Below are positions 21,590 to 56,039 of a stretch of DNA of 64,000 nucleotides, piece after piece. The first letter of the stretch is position 1. Each line of letters opens with the position of its first letter. The stretch lies in NCBI GenBank assembly GCA_002269645.1, contig NIVC01000521.1, positions 62,001 through 126,000 on the forward strand, given 5' to 3'. The DNA comes from Macrostomum lignano. Taxonomy: Eukaryota. A model generated the notes under the pieces. It did not search any database. It saw only the letters and a list, made by a program, of their open reading frames with translations, and was not told the origin of the DNA. A program made the translations under genes and the position numbers.

Positions 21590-23090
21590 AGGCAGAGAGT
21601 TAGGGAGAGAGAGAGAGAGACAGGCAGAGAGTTAGGGAGAGAGAGAGACAGGGCAGAGAGTTAGGGAGAGAGAGAGAGAGACAGGCAGAGAGTTAGGGAG
21701 AGAGAGAGACAGGCAGAGAGTTAGGGAGAGAGAGAGAGAGACAGGGCAGAGAGTTAGGGAGAGAGAGAGAGAGACAGGGCAGAGAGTTAGGGAGAGAGAG
21801 AGAGAGACAGGCAGAGAGTTAGGGAGAGAGAGAGACAGGGCAGAGAGTTAGGGAGAGAGAGAGAGAGAGACAGGCAGAGAGTTAGGGAGAGAGAGAGAGA
21901 CAGGGCAGAGAGTTAGGGAGAGAGAGAGAGAGACAGGCAGAGAGTTAGGGAGAGAGAGAGAGAGACAGGCAGAGAGTTAGGGAGAGAGAGAGAGACAGGG
22001 CAGAGAGTTAGGGAGAGAGAGAGAGACAGGCCAGAGAGTTAGGGAGAGAGAGAGAGAGACAGGCAGAGAGTTAGGGAGAGAGAGAGAGAGACAGGCAGAG
22101 AGTTAGGGAGAGAGAGAGAGACAGGGCAGAGAGTTAGGGAGAGAGAGAGACAGAGGCAGAGAGTTAGGGAGAGAGGGAGAGACAGAGGCAGAGAGTTAGG
22201 GAGAGAGAGAGACAGAGGCAGAGAGTTAGGGAGAGAGAGAGAGACAGGGCAGAGAGTTAGGGAGAGAGAGAGAGAGACAGGCAGAGAGTTAGGGAGAGAG
22301 AGAGAGACAGGGCAGAGAGTTAGGGAGAGAGAGAGAGACAGGCCAGAGAGTTAGGGAGAGAGAGAGAGAGACAGGCAGAGAGTTAGGGAGAGAGAGAGAG
22401 AGACAGGCAGAGAGTTAGGGAGAGAGAGAGAGAGGGCAGAGAGTTAGGGAGAGAGAGAGACAGAGGCAGAGAGTTAGGGAGAGAGAGAGACAGAGGCAGA
22501 GAGTTAGGGAGAGAGAGAGACAGAGGCAGAGAGTTAGGGAGAGAGAGACAGAGGCAGAGAGTTAGGGAGAGAGAGAGACAGAGGCAGAGAGTTAGGGAGA
22601 GAGAGAGACAGAGGCAGAGAGTTAGGGAGAGAGAGAGACAGGGCAGAGAGTTAGGGAGAGAGTTAGGGAGAGAGAGAGAGAGACAGGCAGAGAGTTAGGG
22701 AGAGAGAGAGAGACAGGGCAGAGAGTTAGGGAGAGAGTTAGGGAGAGAGAGAGAGAGACAGGCAGAGAGTTAGGGAGAGAGAGAGAGACAGGGCAGAGAG
22801 TTAGGGAGAGAGTTAGGGAGAGAGAGAGAGAGACAGGCAGAGAGTTAGGGAGAGAGAGAGAGACAGGGCAGAGAGTTAGGGAGAGAGTTAGGGAGAGAGA
22901 CAGGCCAGAGAGTTAGGGAGAGAGAGAGACAGAGGCAGAGAGTTAGGGAGAGAGTTAGGGAGAGAGACAGGCCAGAGAGTTAGGGAGAGAGAGAGACAGA
23001 GGCAGAGAGTTAGGGAGAGAGAGAGACAGAGGCAGAGAGTTAGGGAGAGAGAGAGACAGAGGCAGAGAGTTAGGGAAAGAGAAAGAAAGA
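21590..23090. repeat. GA-rich compound satellite ((GA)n-CAGG[G]CAGAGAGTTAGG)n, ~26-30 bp
   Basis: Direct reading. Confidence 0.95.
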
Positions 23091-24082
23091 GAGACAGAGA
23101 GAAAGAGAGAGCGAGAGAGAGAGGAGTTAGGGAGAGAGAGATCTGTGAAATCTGTGTGCAAACACCAGATAGCCAATGAGAGTAGCAGTTCTAACCTTCG
23201 GTGAGGGTGGGATTAGTCGGTCTCAGCAAGGCTCTCGGCTCCTGGAGATCCAGGAAGACTGGGTCGAGCCCAATCCCGGGATGTCTCTTTGTCCTGTCCT
23301 GGCGTGCTTCCCCTCCTCCCCCACCTGGCGCTGCGGCGTAGCTACTCGATCCCTAACTGAGCGATGGATTGGGCGGGGCTGATGATGGAGGCTGGGAGGC
23401 AATCCAGCCACTATGATGGGCTGCCCACCCCATTCCTCTCATAGAGAGAAGAGAGCGTTATATTAGCGCTCAGCCTCTCCATGGCACACAGTTGACTTTA
23501 CAATAAGCTTCGAATTTTACGAGCGTAGCTTTGCAAGGCGCACAGATCTCACTAACAGTGTGGAACACATCGTTTATATTTATTGTCTCTATCGACCAAA
23601 AACCAGCAGAGGCTGAAGAACCATTTTCTGATAGGTGAGTTACCGAGTATCACTGTTAAGTATCATTGCCGAGTATCATTGCCGAGTATCATTGCCGAAT
23701 ATCATCTCACCAGTGGACGCGCCATCGAGATGCAAAAAAGGCAGAATCTGGACACTGTTCACCCTCCCCCGGACAGCTCCAAATTCATGTTTATTTCGAT
23801 CCTTGCCAAATCAACAATTCAGAAATCATTGTACTCTTCTGAGGCTCAGCAGGTCTCAGTCTGTCTCTCAAGCCTGCCTCTCCCTGCTTCATCAGAGACT
23901 GAAGCAGCTGCCTTTTCTATACATTACGCTGATTGAATTTGTCGTTTTTTTCAATAATATTGCAACCTTTTGAGAAGGGAAGCGGACTGACTCCGCATTA
24001 TTTTCCGATTTTGATTGCCTCCCCCCCAGCCAAGCACTGCTCTGCCTCCCCCGATTGCCGATTGCCTTTCCGCTTATGTGCC

Positions 24083-24705
<623 letters not shown>

Positions 24706-24991
24706 TCGCATTTTTCCTAGAAAACCCCATCATCAACGTACCTCCATGGGGACGAGTTCGAAAGAGCTTCTCTCATTATAAAAATGAAATGTTTTACGAT
24801 CTTATTTGCTTCTCGTATTAAAAACAAGAAATTATTACTTTCCAATGCCGCTTCTTCCATCCCACATTTCCCCAATTGTTTGCTACCGACCCCGTGTTTA
24901 AAGCAAACACAGAAATTTCAATTCCCAACAAACCCTCAGCATTGAAAGCGACAAGCTTCCCACCAGCTGAGCAGCTGAGCACCGATTAGCC

Positions 24992-45604
<20,613 letters not shown>

Positions 45605-47009
45605 CAGTTTGATTGCCCTGCTAATCCGCATAACTTATCGGATATTTTAGTTCTCACCCCTTTGTACATACGCTCGTAATAAATGTCCTAATCTCCCCTG
45701 TTTCTGTGTCCGTCAGTTATCCGTTTGCCATTTATAATATAGATTATCCTTTAACGCATAACTTCTAAACTTTTTGGGGGGCAAAAGATAATAAAACTGC
45801 TTTCTGATAATTATTACATAACACAAAGAATCCACCACCTGTAACACTGTCAACTGTAATCAGAAAGGTGAATTAAACTCTTAGGCAGCAGCTAGACAAC
45901 TCAGTTCCACATTAGAGTAATGAACAGTAAGTTATTAGCAAAATTGTCGTTAATATTGAAGCCAGTATACATTATATAGGCTTTTTTTTATTAATGTTCG
46001 TTTCGAAGTTTTGATGATGTGATTTTAATATAATCGAAATTTGTTAACATGTGCGTTGATTAATGTTAACTTCTTCTGAATTATATCTCAATTAAAGTAG
46101 TGATAGGCTTGTAGTTACCCCATGACAGCTGGAGTTGTCCTTGGGGTGAGTGCCTGCCCCGATGACCAACACGCAGAAGACATTTTGTGCTCTGCGCCTC
46201 GGCCGAGGTCATGCTCGATACAGACACTGATAAGTAGTAATGAGGGTTCAGCTAAAGTTTCTCGTTTACACGAAGATTCCCAGCCTTGCAAGCAAGCTAA
46301 CCTGCGCAGGAAATTGTTCCGAGATGTTAATTGCTAGTAGTCTCTGTCCATGCAGAAGATTGTGACTGGAGCGAAGCAATTCTTGTGACAGCTAGGCACA
46401 GGAAGGCCTATGCAGTAACATCTGCAGGCTATCATAGCACGAATTTCATATTTTCTCATATCTGGCATGCTCGGAGATGTTTCTTTCTTTCTTTCGCCGC
46501 CCTCGCCTCCTCAGCAACGCGGGCAGTCACGCTAATCTTTTGCCTCCTCATCATTTCCTCAGGCCCCGCGAAGCCTTTGTGAGATTTGAAGCGAAGACCT
46601 CGGAAGGCAGCCAGGAAGTATGGAGGAAGAAAAGAATGGGATTTGGAAGCCGAGTCGGCATGAAAATGAATGAATAGCTGGGGGCGGGGGCGGTGGAATC
46701 TGTGTTTCATCCCAGTCTAGAGTTCCCCAGTGAATCACTCAGACCCTGGATGAGGCCGCTGCTCCGAATGCTTTTATCCAGATTGGTACTTCGTGCCGGG
46801 GCGGAGTTGTCAGCTGAGAGATTGAATTGGAGCCTGCTATAAATTTGACTGTCTGCTTGGAAAAATTGTCTTTTCTAATTGCTGCTATCTTGAAAATTAA
46901 TCTCTGTCTTGAATGCTTTTTAATGTTATTAAAGTTTCAATAGATATTAATAAAAATGGCACCTTTGGCTTTGCTCATAACTGAAATATTTGACTTCATC
47001 ATCAGATAA

Positions 47010-47360
47010 ACAGTTAATTTTCAATGAACACTAAAATTGCAGCACCAAATTAAAACAAAAAATTAATAAACACTGATTGCGTCATCAACTAAAAACAATT
47101 TACTCGTAATTTTCAATGAACACTGGTTGCGTCATCAAATGGAAACAATTTAAAGTTTTAATGAGCACTGATCGCGGCATCAAATGAAAACAATTTAATT
47201 TTTAATGAGCACTGATTGCGTCATCAAATGAAAACAATTTAATTTTCAATGAGCACTGATTGCGTCATCAAACGAAAACAATTTAATTTTCAATGAACAC
47301 TGGTTGCGTCATCAAATGAAAACAATTTAATTTTTAATGAGCACTGATTGCGTCATCAAC
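47010..47360. repeat. 44-bp tandem repeat, ~7 copies, carrying TTGCGTCATCA
   Basis: Motif at 47077, 47127, 47172 (variant), 47216, 47260, 47304 and 47348. Confidence 0.9.
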
Positions 47361-47749
47361 TAAAATGGTTTAGGAGAATTCGTGAAGTTCAATGACTCTC
47401 AATGGGTCAGGGCATTTAAGCCAATGCAGAAAGTTAAGCAGAGTTGACTCCGGTTAGTTAAGCAGCTGACTACGCTGTAATTGCAGTTGACCATACGCTG
47501 TGATAAGTAGGGTAGTAGCTCTGAGTTGCGTTGGTAACGGAGGCTGTGAAGTTTGCGACAGTTCCACGTGTGTATTACTTCTATTCCATCTATAAGATAG
47601 TTCTATAATTGGCAATATCATCTGTTTTATAAGATCGACCGACTTCGAATCTAATGAAAAACTTTGTCTATTACCTACTTGCGTATGTTCTGTTACACAT
47701 GCACTCCAGTTGGATTTGTTAATATTTCATTTTACTAACGTTCTACGGA

Positions 47750-48590
47750 TACTGCATAAGCCGCCAAGAAGTTGATTGATTGGAGCAGCAAATCTGGCTC
47801 TAAGATAGAAAGAATAAGACAAATGAGAAGTGGACTCTACTCCTCTGCGTGGGGTGCAGAGCAGGCAGCAAGGTGCCAGAAAGCTGTGCGAGTTTGAAAA
47901 ATCGTTGTTGGAGGATTCAAAGAGATATCCGGGATGGTTGTGGAAAAAGTAGAAGAAATGTTGATTATAACTATTTGCGCTATCGATAAAATTCTATAAA
48001 AGTACATCCTGGATGCGTGAAAATATGCTGATATTCGCGCATAGAATCAACAGTTAATATCACCGATATTACTTAACAAATAGTGCTAGATCATTTATGT
48101 AGTCTTACCAACACCCAGTTCGTACCAATCGACGAGAATAAAAGTACATTCTCAGCTCGTACCTGAAACACTGCGCCAAAAAACAAGAAAAACTCGCATA
48201 CGAGTGCAACGATGCTGCTACATTCCGATCATTGCTAAATGCCAGGCTCCTAAAGCGCAGTAAAGTGCCACCATGCTGCCTACTGGCAATATGGGTGGCG
48301 GCACCATATTCTAAAATTATGTGCAATTGTGCCTCCGTCTGACAGTCGTGCTATTGTGAAATTTCTTTGCTCTGGCTGGGATTATTTACGGCATTGAAAC
48401 TTATAACGGATCCTGAATACTGGTCTGGCCATCAGACTTGTTGCTTCTGCGGATCTGCGATTTCTGCAGCATAGGCATGGAAAACTGAAGTAGACGGATG
48501 CTTGTACACGATTTTCTCAGAAATTAGCGTTTGAAGTTCTCAGACTTTGGTTAAAGTGACTCGCAATATGTCTATGGCCAAGTGTGGCAG
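47750..48590 (-). mobile_element. Possible highly decayed CR1/L2-like LINE reverse-transcriptase relic
   Basis: Minus-strand fragments in the expected order: SEKIVYKH (~48520), LHIILEYG (~48320), YINDLALFVK (~48090), ANISIFSRI. Many stops and frameshifts, so only suggestive. Confidence 0.3.
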
Positions 48591-48613
48591 AATCAGTTCT
48601 CCGGCCCGCGAAA

Positions 48614-48730
48614 CCCCCCAGTCCTTGGACTGAACAGCCGTACGCAGCCTTCAGATGCGCCGCGCAATAGCTGCGGCTGAGCTGTCGGTTGCACATCTGG
48701 CCTAATCGGGGCAGGTGTAGTTATATTAAT
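48614..48730 (+). mobile_element. 5'-truncated copy of the SINE at 50578
   Basis: CCCCCAGTCCTTGGA...CTGAACAGCCGTACGCAGCCTTCAGATGCGCCG.GCAATAGCTGCGGCTGAGCTGTCGGTTGCACATCTG is nearly identical to 50766-50876. Confidence 0.85.
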
Positions 48731-49627
48731 TTTTGTGATTATAAAAATATACTGAAGGAATATTCCAATCGAGAATGATGACAAAACTGGAGCCATAGTT
48801 ATGGTTATGTGTTTAGAGTTCAGTCACTATTTTCCAATGCATCGCATACTGACTATTGAGCTGCAATAGTGAAATTGCCGTCTGTGACGCATTGACTGGA
48901 AGAAAAGAAACAAAGCAATCAGAGCAAAAGCTCCCCAGCTCATAGGCGATCTCCGGCCATTCATCCACGGCACGCTCCTAAGCAGCATTCATTGTATTTT
49001 ATTTTGGTAGCTAGCTCGGTGTGCGTTTATTTTTAACTTAAATAGCGGAGATTGTAGAATGAAAATTGCACCTGGGGCTTGCGAGCTCTCCAGTCTCTAT
49101 CCACAGTCACACGCCTGACCGCGCTAGCACAGGTAAAATAGGATTTGTGTTTTTTCACTTTTTAGAGGCCAATAATACTTTCCGGATCGGGAGCATCCTA
49201 TCAGGGCTCTGAAGCCTCCCTGCTGGGGCGAGCATGGAGGGAAAAGCTTTATTTTAATATTTTATCCAGAGAGAAAGAGGGGGGGGGGCTAGCCTGGTAA
49301 TGCATGCTGTTAGCCAGAAAAAACGCATTACAATCTCCAGCCAGGTCCTTCAGCGCGACATCAGCAATACGGAGATGCAATATTAGAGTCCCCCCCTCCC
49401 CGGATGAAGCTAAAACTGCACGAGCTCAATACTCTGCCATAATGCTGGCAGTCTCTCTCCATCAAGCTGGCTTTTCCCGAATCAACAGGTTTTCGGAATT
49501 GCTATGAATATGCGATGAGAATCCCGGATGCATTTGGATCGAAAGGTGTATTATAAAAAATATTTTTTTGGCTTCTTGATTCTCGAGAAGTCAAAGATGT
49601 GAATTTTTTGCAATTGTTGCTATATCA

Positions 49628-50255
49628 ACAGTATCTAATAGGAAATCTAGAGACTCAAATCCAAGTATCTAATAGGAAATCTAGAGACTCAAATCCAAGT
49701 ATCTAATAGGAAATCTAGAGACTCAAATCCAAGTATCTAATAGGAAATCTAGAGACTCAAATCCAAGTATCTAATAGGAAATCTAGAGACTCAAATCCAA
49801 GTATCTAATAGGAAATCTAGAGACTCAAATCCAAGTATCTAATTGGAAATCTAGAGACTCAAATCCAAGTATCTAATAGGAAATCTAGAGACTCAAATCC
49901 AAGTATCTAATTGGAAATCTAGAGACTCAAATCCAAGTATCTAATTGGAAATATAGAGACTCAAATCCACAGCATCTAATAGGAAATCTAGAGACTTAAA
50001 TCCACAGTATCGAATAGGAAATCTAGGACTCAAATCCACAGTATCGAATGAGAAATCTAGAGACTCAAATCTACAGCATCTAATAGAAAATCTAGAGATT
50101 CAAATCTACAGCATCGAATAGGAAATCTAGAGACTCAAATCCACAGTATCGAATAGGAAATCTAGAGACTCAAATCTACAGCATCTAATAGAAAATCTAG
50201 AGATTCAAATCTACAGCATCGAATAGGAAATCTAGAGACTCAAATCCACAGTATC
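49628..50255. repeat. 34-bp minisatellite (GTATCTAATAGGAAATCTAGAGACTCAAATCCAA)n
   Basis: About 18 copies, diverging toward the 3' end. Confidence 0.95.
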
Positions 50256-50577
50256 TTTGTCTTTGGATCCTAATTTCAGCGGGATTCTTCTTTTGAAAAA
50301 AACTAATTTAATAACTTTCTTCAAATAGCTCCTTATTTATTAAATATCGCAATCCTATATTATTTATTGATTCAGTATGCATTTAATCCGTAGAAAATCG
50401 CAAAACTGTCTCGCAGGAGCCAGGCAGTTCTCCCTAGAGACAGAAAAAGGCGGCTCTGCGGCCGGATCTGCTTCTGGATCGAAGTCTGAGAGCGATCTGG
50501 ACAGCAAACTCTTCACCAAAACGCTCATTGTGAGGACACCATGAGTTCCAGCGCGCCGTATTCTACTTTTTTTACAA

Positions 50578-50892
50578 GGGTGTTTTGGCCGAGTGGTCAG
50601 AGCGTCGGACTCACGACTTCAAGGTCGGGGGTTCGATTCTCGACCCACTCGGAACAATCTGTGTCCTTGAGAAAGACACTTAACTCTGCATTTCTTCAGG
50701 TCACCCAGCTGTAAAATGGGTGCCAGCCTGCATCAGCTGGGGTAATTGAGGGTGCGTGTGGCGATCCCCCCAGTCCTTGGATCGACTGAACAGCCGTACG
50801 CAGCCTTCAGATGCGCCGAGCAATAGCTGCGGCTGAGCTGTCGGTTGCACATCTGCCTATTGGGGTAGGTGTAATTAATTATTGTAATTATT
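50578..50892 (+). mobile_element. tRNA-headed SINE with CORE-like central domain
   Basis: A box TGGCCGAGTGG (50586) and B box GGTTCGATTC (50630). TGTGTCCTTGAGAAAGACACTTAAC...CTGTAAAATGGG resembles the MIR/CORE domain. AT-rich (TAAT) tail; the 3' part has a second copy at 48614. Confidence 0.8.
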
Positions 50893-52371
50893 GCTTATCG
50901 TACAAGCAAGTTCTGATCAAAACCAACTTACGGTTTGCCAGTTGGAATCTACTCATAGATGTATTTCTAAATCGTAAAAAATGGTCCCAGATTCTTGCTC
51001 AAGTTCTCCTTGGACCGGCACAGGGGCAAAACTATAAAAACGAATTCAGCGGTGTCCCCAGTCGCTTTCGCATTGGCGATTTTGAGGATCTGATTAGGGG
51101 GATCCCGCCGCCGTATCAATTCGCCATCGTTTCTTCAGCCTCCGAGTTTTCTCAGCCTCAGCAGCTAATGCGACTCGGATGCATCAATTTCTCACATTAA
51201 CCCCGCCTACAACCCATTACTAAGAATTTTCTTGAGTCTGCTCGGTCGTGTTTCTTGCCATAGTCGATTGAACGTGACAGAGTGCTCCAATCCCGCTGGA
51301 TCCCATTAATTTCCCTGCTTCTATAATACTCGTTTCTCTCCCTAACTATATCAAGCAATACTTATAACATTTACTAATCGAATATTAATGCTCATAATCA
51401 TCGCAAAATACTTCCGAGGTTGCAATTCGAGTCGGGTTTCTGCTCGCTTGTATTCGCCGATCTTTGCCGTGTTTCGTCGTGTTCTTTTTTTCTGCTTTTA
51501 ACAATCCTTCGAGTGGTCTTTTGTGTTTGGGTTGGCGACGACCATGCAGCCGTAAGCTGAGCCCCCGGCGGTCAAACAAGGCCCACCGCGCGCTGAACTG
51601 AAGCGAAGACACTCCCTTCAGCCTAACGAGAAAAGCAAAAGCAAAAGAGCGAAAGAGAAAGAGAAGAAATTTCAGCTCTTGTTGATTTTAGACTCGGCTT
51701 GGCTGCAGACTGCTTCAGGCTTGATTGACCGCCGCTTCCATCTCCTCCTCCCCTTGATGGGGATTCTGGGGGATCAGGGAGGACCCGTCAGGCTTCCCGT
51801 GTGTGTTTGTGCGTGTACAGCATGCGCGGCCTCCACCGGACTGCATGGCTGCTGCTGCTGATGGAGTGCTTCAGCAGGGCTGCTCCAGTGTATATAAGCT
51901 TCTCAGATTTCAAACCGCTTACCCTCCTCTCGCCGTCTGCACTCCCCAGGGACCTCCAACTGCATGCCAGCATTCAAGCTATATTTGAGGGCCAATGGAT
52001 TCAGTTCTGTTTTATATAAATGTGGCGGCTTAAAATCTCTTTGTGCCTTTACATTTCCCTGAAATACAATAAAATTCGTCCTGGTAAAAACAACCTCTTG
52101 CATTTTTATTCTCTCAACTTTTTCTGGCCGGGGACTCTTATATTTGCCGGAACCTTTATCAATACATAGCAGCCGTCTGTTTGGTCTGAATAGTGATTTT
52201 GCTGTTGCCAATATTGCATTCATCACCGATGGCATTTTCATGGCGACTAGGTCCTAGCACCTGGAATTGATGAACAAAAATACTAGGCTAGTTTTTAGTT
52301 GGTCAAAATCTACACAGATTTGTCTGATCTGAATACTATGAATACTTCAATCTGAAAAGTGAAACAGCAAT

Positions 52372-52710
52372 CCATGGAGCCTGCCATGGAGTTCGAACAG
52401 ATCCTAGAGTCTGGCAAGGGAGACCGATTGATCAAACCATGGAGTTCAAACAGATCTTAGAGTCTGGCAAGGGAGACCGATTGATCAAACCATGGAGTTC
52501 TAACAGATCCTAGAGTCTGGCAAGGGAGACCGATTGATCAAACCATGGAGTTCTAACAGATCCTAGAGTCTGGCAAGGGAGACCGATTGATCAAACCATG
52601 GAGTTCTAACAGATCCTAGAGTCTGGCAAGGGAGACCGATTGATCAAACCATGGAGTTCTAACAGATCCTAGAGTCTGGCAGGGAGATCGATTGATCAAA
52701 CCATGGAGCA
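52372..52710. repeat. 53-bp tandem repeat x6
   Basis: CCATGGAGTTCTAACAGATCCTAGAGTCTGGCAAGGGAGACCGATTGATCAAA at 52384, 52437 and onward. Confidence 0.95.
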
Positions 52711-53169
52711 CTAAATTCCAGTAGCTCTAGAGGGTCCTTGGACTTGAAAGCTTTTCTTTGATGCTTTAACCCCTGTTGATATTTTCTATACCGGATCAGA
52801 ATTGCAGTTTTTAGTCTTCGCTAAAGCCATTTGGGTTTCCCTTCCGCGTCCTTTCTCGCTCCGTTCCTTCGTTTCTCTACGCTTGACTGGTCCGGATAGC
52901 AAAGTCGCCTCCGGGCTGCATGCTTTCTTATCAGTGTTCGAGCAGCTACCGCCTCGATGGGGGATTCGGACCGAGGGAAATTGGGGCTCCCGCCACACAA
53001 TGAAGCGAGGACCCAGGGAGGGACACTGCGCTAAAAATATGGTTTTAGTCGGGTTTGGTGGCCACGCTATTTTGTGAGGCTTCTACACTTAGTTCTTGGT
53101 AATAGAAACAGATAATCAAGTACTGCAGGTTAAGCAATATTGGCAGTGGTTAGTACAGTTGCAGCTAAA

Positions 53170-53642
53170 GAGTTACAGAGGGGATGCCAGCTACAGAGGG
53201 GATGCCAGCTACAGAGGGGATGGCAGCTACAGAGGGGATGCCAGCTACAGAGGGGATGGCAGCTACAGAGGGGATGCCAGCTACAGAGGGGATGCCAGCT
53301 ACAGAGGGGATGCCAGCTACAGAAGGGATGCCAGCTACAGAGGGGATGCCAGCTACATAGGAGATGTCAGCTACAGAGGAGATGCCATCTACAGAGGAGA
53401 TGCCAGCTACAGAAGGGATGCCAGCTACAGAGGAGATGCCAGCTACAGAAGGGATGCCAGCTACAGAGGAGATGCCAGCTACAGAGGGGATGCCAGCTAC
53501 AGAGGGGATGCCAGCTACAGAGGAGATGCCAGCTACAGAAGGGATGCCAGCTACAGAGGAGATGCCAGCTACAGAGGAAATGCCAGCTACAGAGGAGATG
53601 CCAGCTACAGAGGGGATGCCAGCTACAGAAGGGATGCCAGCC
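53170..53642. repeat. 18-bp minisatellite (GCTACAGAGGGGATGCCA)n
   Basis: About 26 copies. Confidence 0.95.
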
Positions 53643-56039
53643 ACTATTCTAGATTCTATATCTGTTTTTTCCATAATTAAAAATAGACTTTTTTACTACT
53701 CCAGATGTTGCTTTCTGGAGCCCCAGCCTCCAGCTGCACTAATGCTTTCACCGAGGAAGTTTTCTAGGTTGGAACAGTCTAAAAAATTAAATTGATGCAC
53801 TTAGAAGCCAGGAAGCAGAATTCGGAGTGTGGAAGAAGAAAGAGAGAAAAAGCGAGTGAAAGTGCAGGTGCAGGCCCGGTGGCACAGATATTTGGCTCGG
53901 AGATTTGCTTCTGTTTAGCCTTTAGGCTGGCCAATTCGTGTTTAATAGCGCCTGCAGCCTTAGGATCTTTTGAACGCTCTACCAGCCTAGCAGCTTGTCT
54001 TCTGCATTTGTCTGCTTCTGACGGGTCCCGACCATTAAGTCTCTGCTTCGCTTTTGAAGCTTACTAATCCCCCACCATGGTCGCTTTGCTCTACATCAAT
54101 AAAAGTCTGTCGCGGGAGTAAAGCCAACAGGATGTTGAAACTAAATTATTTACAAGCCTAGTGGTTTACACGAGACAGCCTTGTGGCTTGCTTAGAACTG
54201 CAGTGCGTGGTCAGTCTCAGAGGTTTAAGCTTCGTCTTTTTTTAAATAAAATGAAACGCAAAAAGGCCAGCGCACAATTCGAAGAGAGAAGAAAGTCGTA
54301 GGAAAGTTTATGAATTTATGACGTCCGTCTTCAGATATTTTACGCACCTTGGCTGCATGGATCCCAAACTAACTGGCCTATAAGAATTTCCAAGAAATCA
54401 TGGATTTTCTAAGAAATGATCTGGCTGTCGGTGGACACCAGCTTGGTGCAGGGTGGTGGCACTTTTTCTCTCTTTTTCCCTTCCTTACGGTCGCTGTTAG
54501 CCTTAGTCACCAGAATTTAGTCTATGGTAGAAAGTTCCCCCCTTCCGGTTTTTCTCTTCGCCTCGAGTTTCTGATGGTTAAGCGATATTAAACCACTTTA
54601 AAGCTCACTTTCAAGGAGGTTATTGACATAGATTTTTGTTTACGGGATTTTATCGATCACTTTCCCGGACATATTGCAAGGATTATTGTATGTATCTAAA
54701 TAAGCGAGCTTCTCGCTTTTCTTCCTTCGTGACTCGAGAAATTTCTTAATGAAATTTTATCTATGGTAAGAATCCCCAACACGCCCAGCAGGGGCTTCGC
54801 CCCCACACCCCCATCCCCAACTTCAACCATAGACATACAAGTATGGCTCCGGGATTTATCTGAATACATCCCGCAAAATTAAATTAGTTTAGGCTAAAGT
54901 AGCCGAAGGCTCTCGGGATTTAAGTGAAATACCGACCGAAAAACCCATAGAATATCTTATACTTAATACGACGTTCGTTATGGCAGTTGTCCTTGGGATT
55001 AATAATTTTTTATCGATTTAAAAGAGACCGACATGTACTTTGACTTTAAAACTTTACTAGAAATCCTGTTTACGATTGTCCGCAATCCCGGGGCTTTCCA
55101 GTCCAGTTATATCAGTGGTCCATGATCGTGCCAGTTTTGAGTGAATTTTCACGGCGGCGGGTGCGAAATTTTATTCCCTGAGATCTGACTCGTTTTATAC
55201 AGGAGAGAGCTGTAAAAAGATTTATATTTTATGCTCGCATCCGGGCCGTATATTCTACGGGCTACACTAATGAGCTGCAAGGACCCCTAAACCCGAGGAC
55301 TGGGTAAAGGCTTGACAACCATCAACCATTTATAATTAGGCATGGATTTCTTACTTTTTGATCTTTGTAATTTTATAACGAGACTTTATTATTATTACTG
55401 ACCTCAATCAACTCCACTAAAATATTTGGCTTCCAGTCCAGCGGCTCAGTGGTCCATGAAGCTACGCTAGAAATGTAACAGTTGCGTGACAGCAACACAG
55501 ATTCTCTCCTTTTTTATCCCTTCTCTATGTCCCACAATTTAGGATTTTAGAGATGCGGGTAGGCACTGATAGCCTCAGGTGGGAATTTATTTGAGTCTTT
55601 CATTCGCAATTTGTCGTCTTGGGGTCCACGGGTGAGTGAAAATAATTATTTGCCCGGCTTGCTTTCGGGATGAAAGCTGTGAAGGAAAAGTGACAGCTAC
55701 AGTAAATGTCTTGTCTGCAGACTCGGCCAGCATGTTTCACGCGGCCCTTGTCGGGACACGCCTTTCTAGGAAATCGTCGTGTTGTCGGAATTTTCTTTTT
55801 TGTTTTACTGCTGCTCTTTGATAGATAAATTGTTACTGGATTGTCGGTCGTAAACTGGAGTTATGATGCTTCACTGTTGGCGAGGATATGCATGTAGTTG
55901 GTTGGAAAAAACTTGGATCGTGGAAGACACGCGAGCGAAATTACGAGTTTTATGAAAAGGAGGAATGGAGAGATGAATTGTAAAGTGGAAAGTGTGCTGG
56001 GTCATGGAATCGAGTTCGGATGTAGTGGACGAGTAGACG

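Noticed and set aside
23170-23470. GC-rich block sharing short words (GATGGATTGGGCG, GGTGAGGGTGGG) with 62350 and 63610
   Set aside because: Matches are too short to show homology and no protein motif was found.
46456-46710. 84-aa minus-strand ORF ending ...RVAEEARAAKERKKHLRACQI
   Set aside because: No recognisable family, splice context or partner exons.
53790-54070. Minus-strand charged open frame (ASKAKQRLNGRDPSEADKCRRQAARLVERSKDPKAAGAIKHELASLKAKQK...)
   Set aside because: Preceded by in-frame stops with no start or clear acceptor; cannot be assigned.
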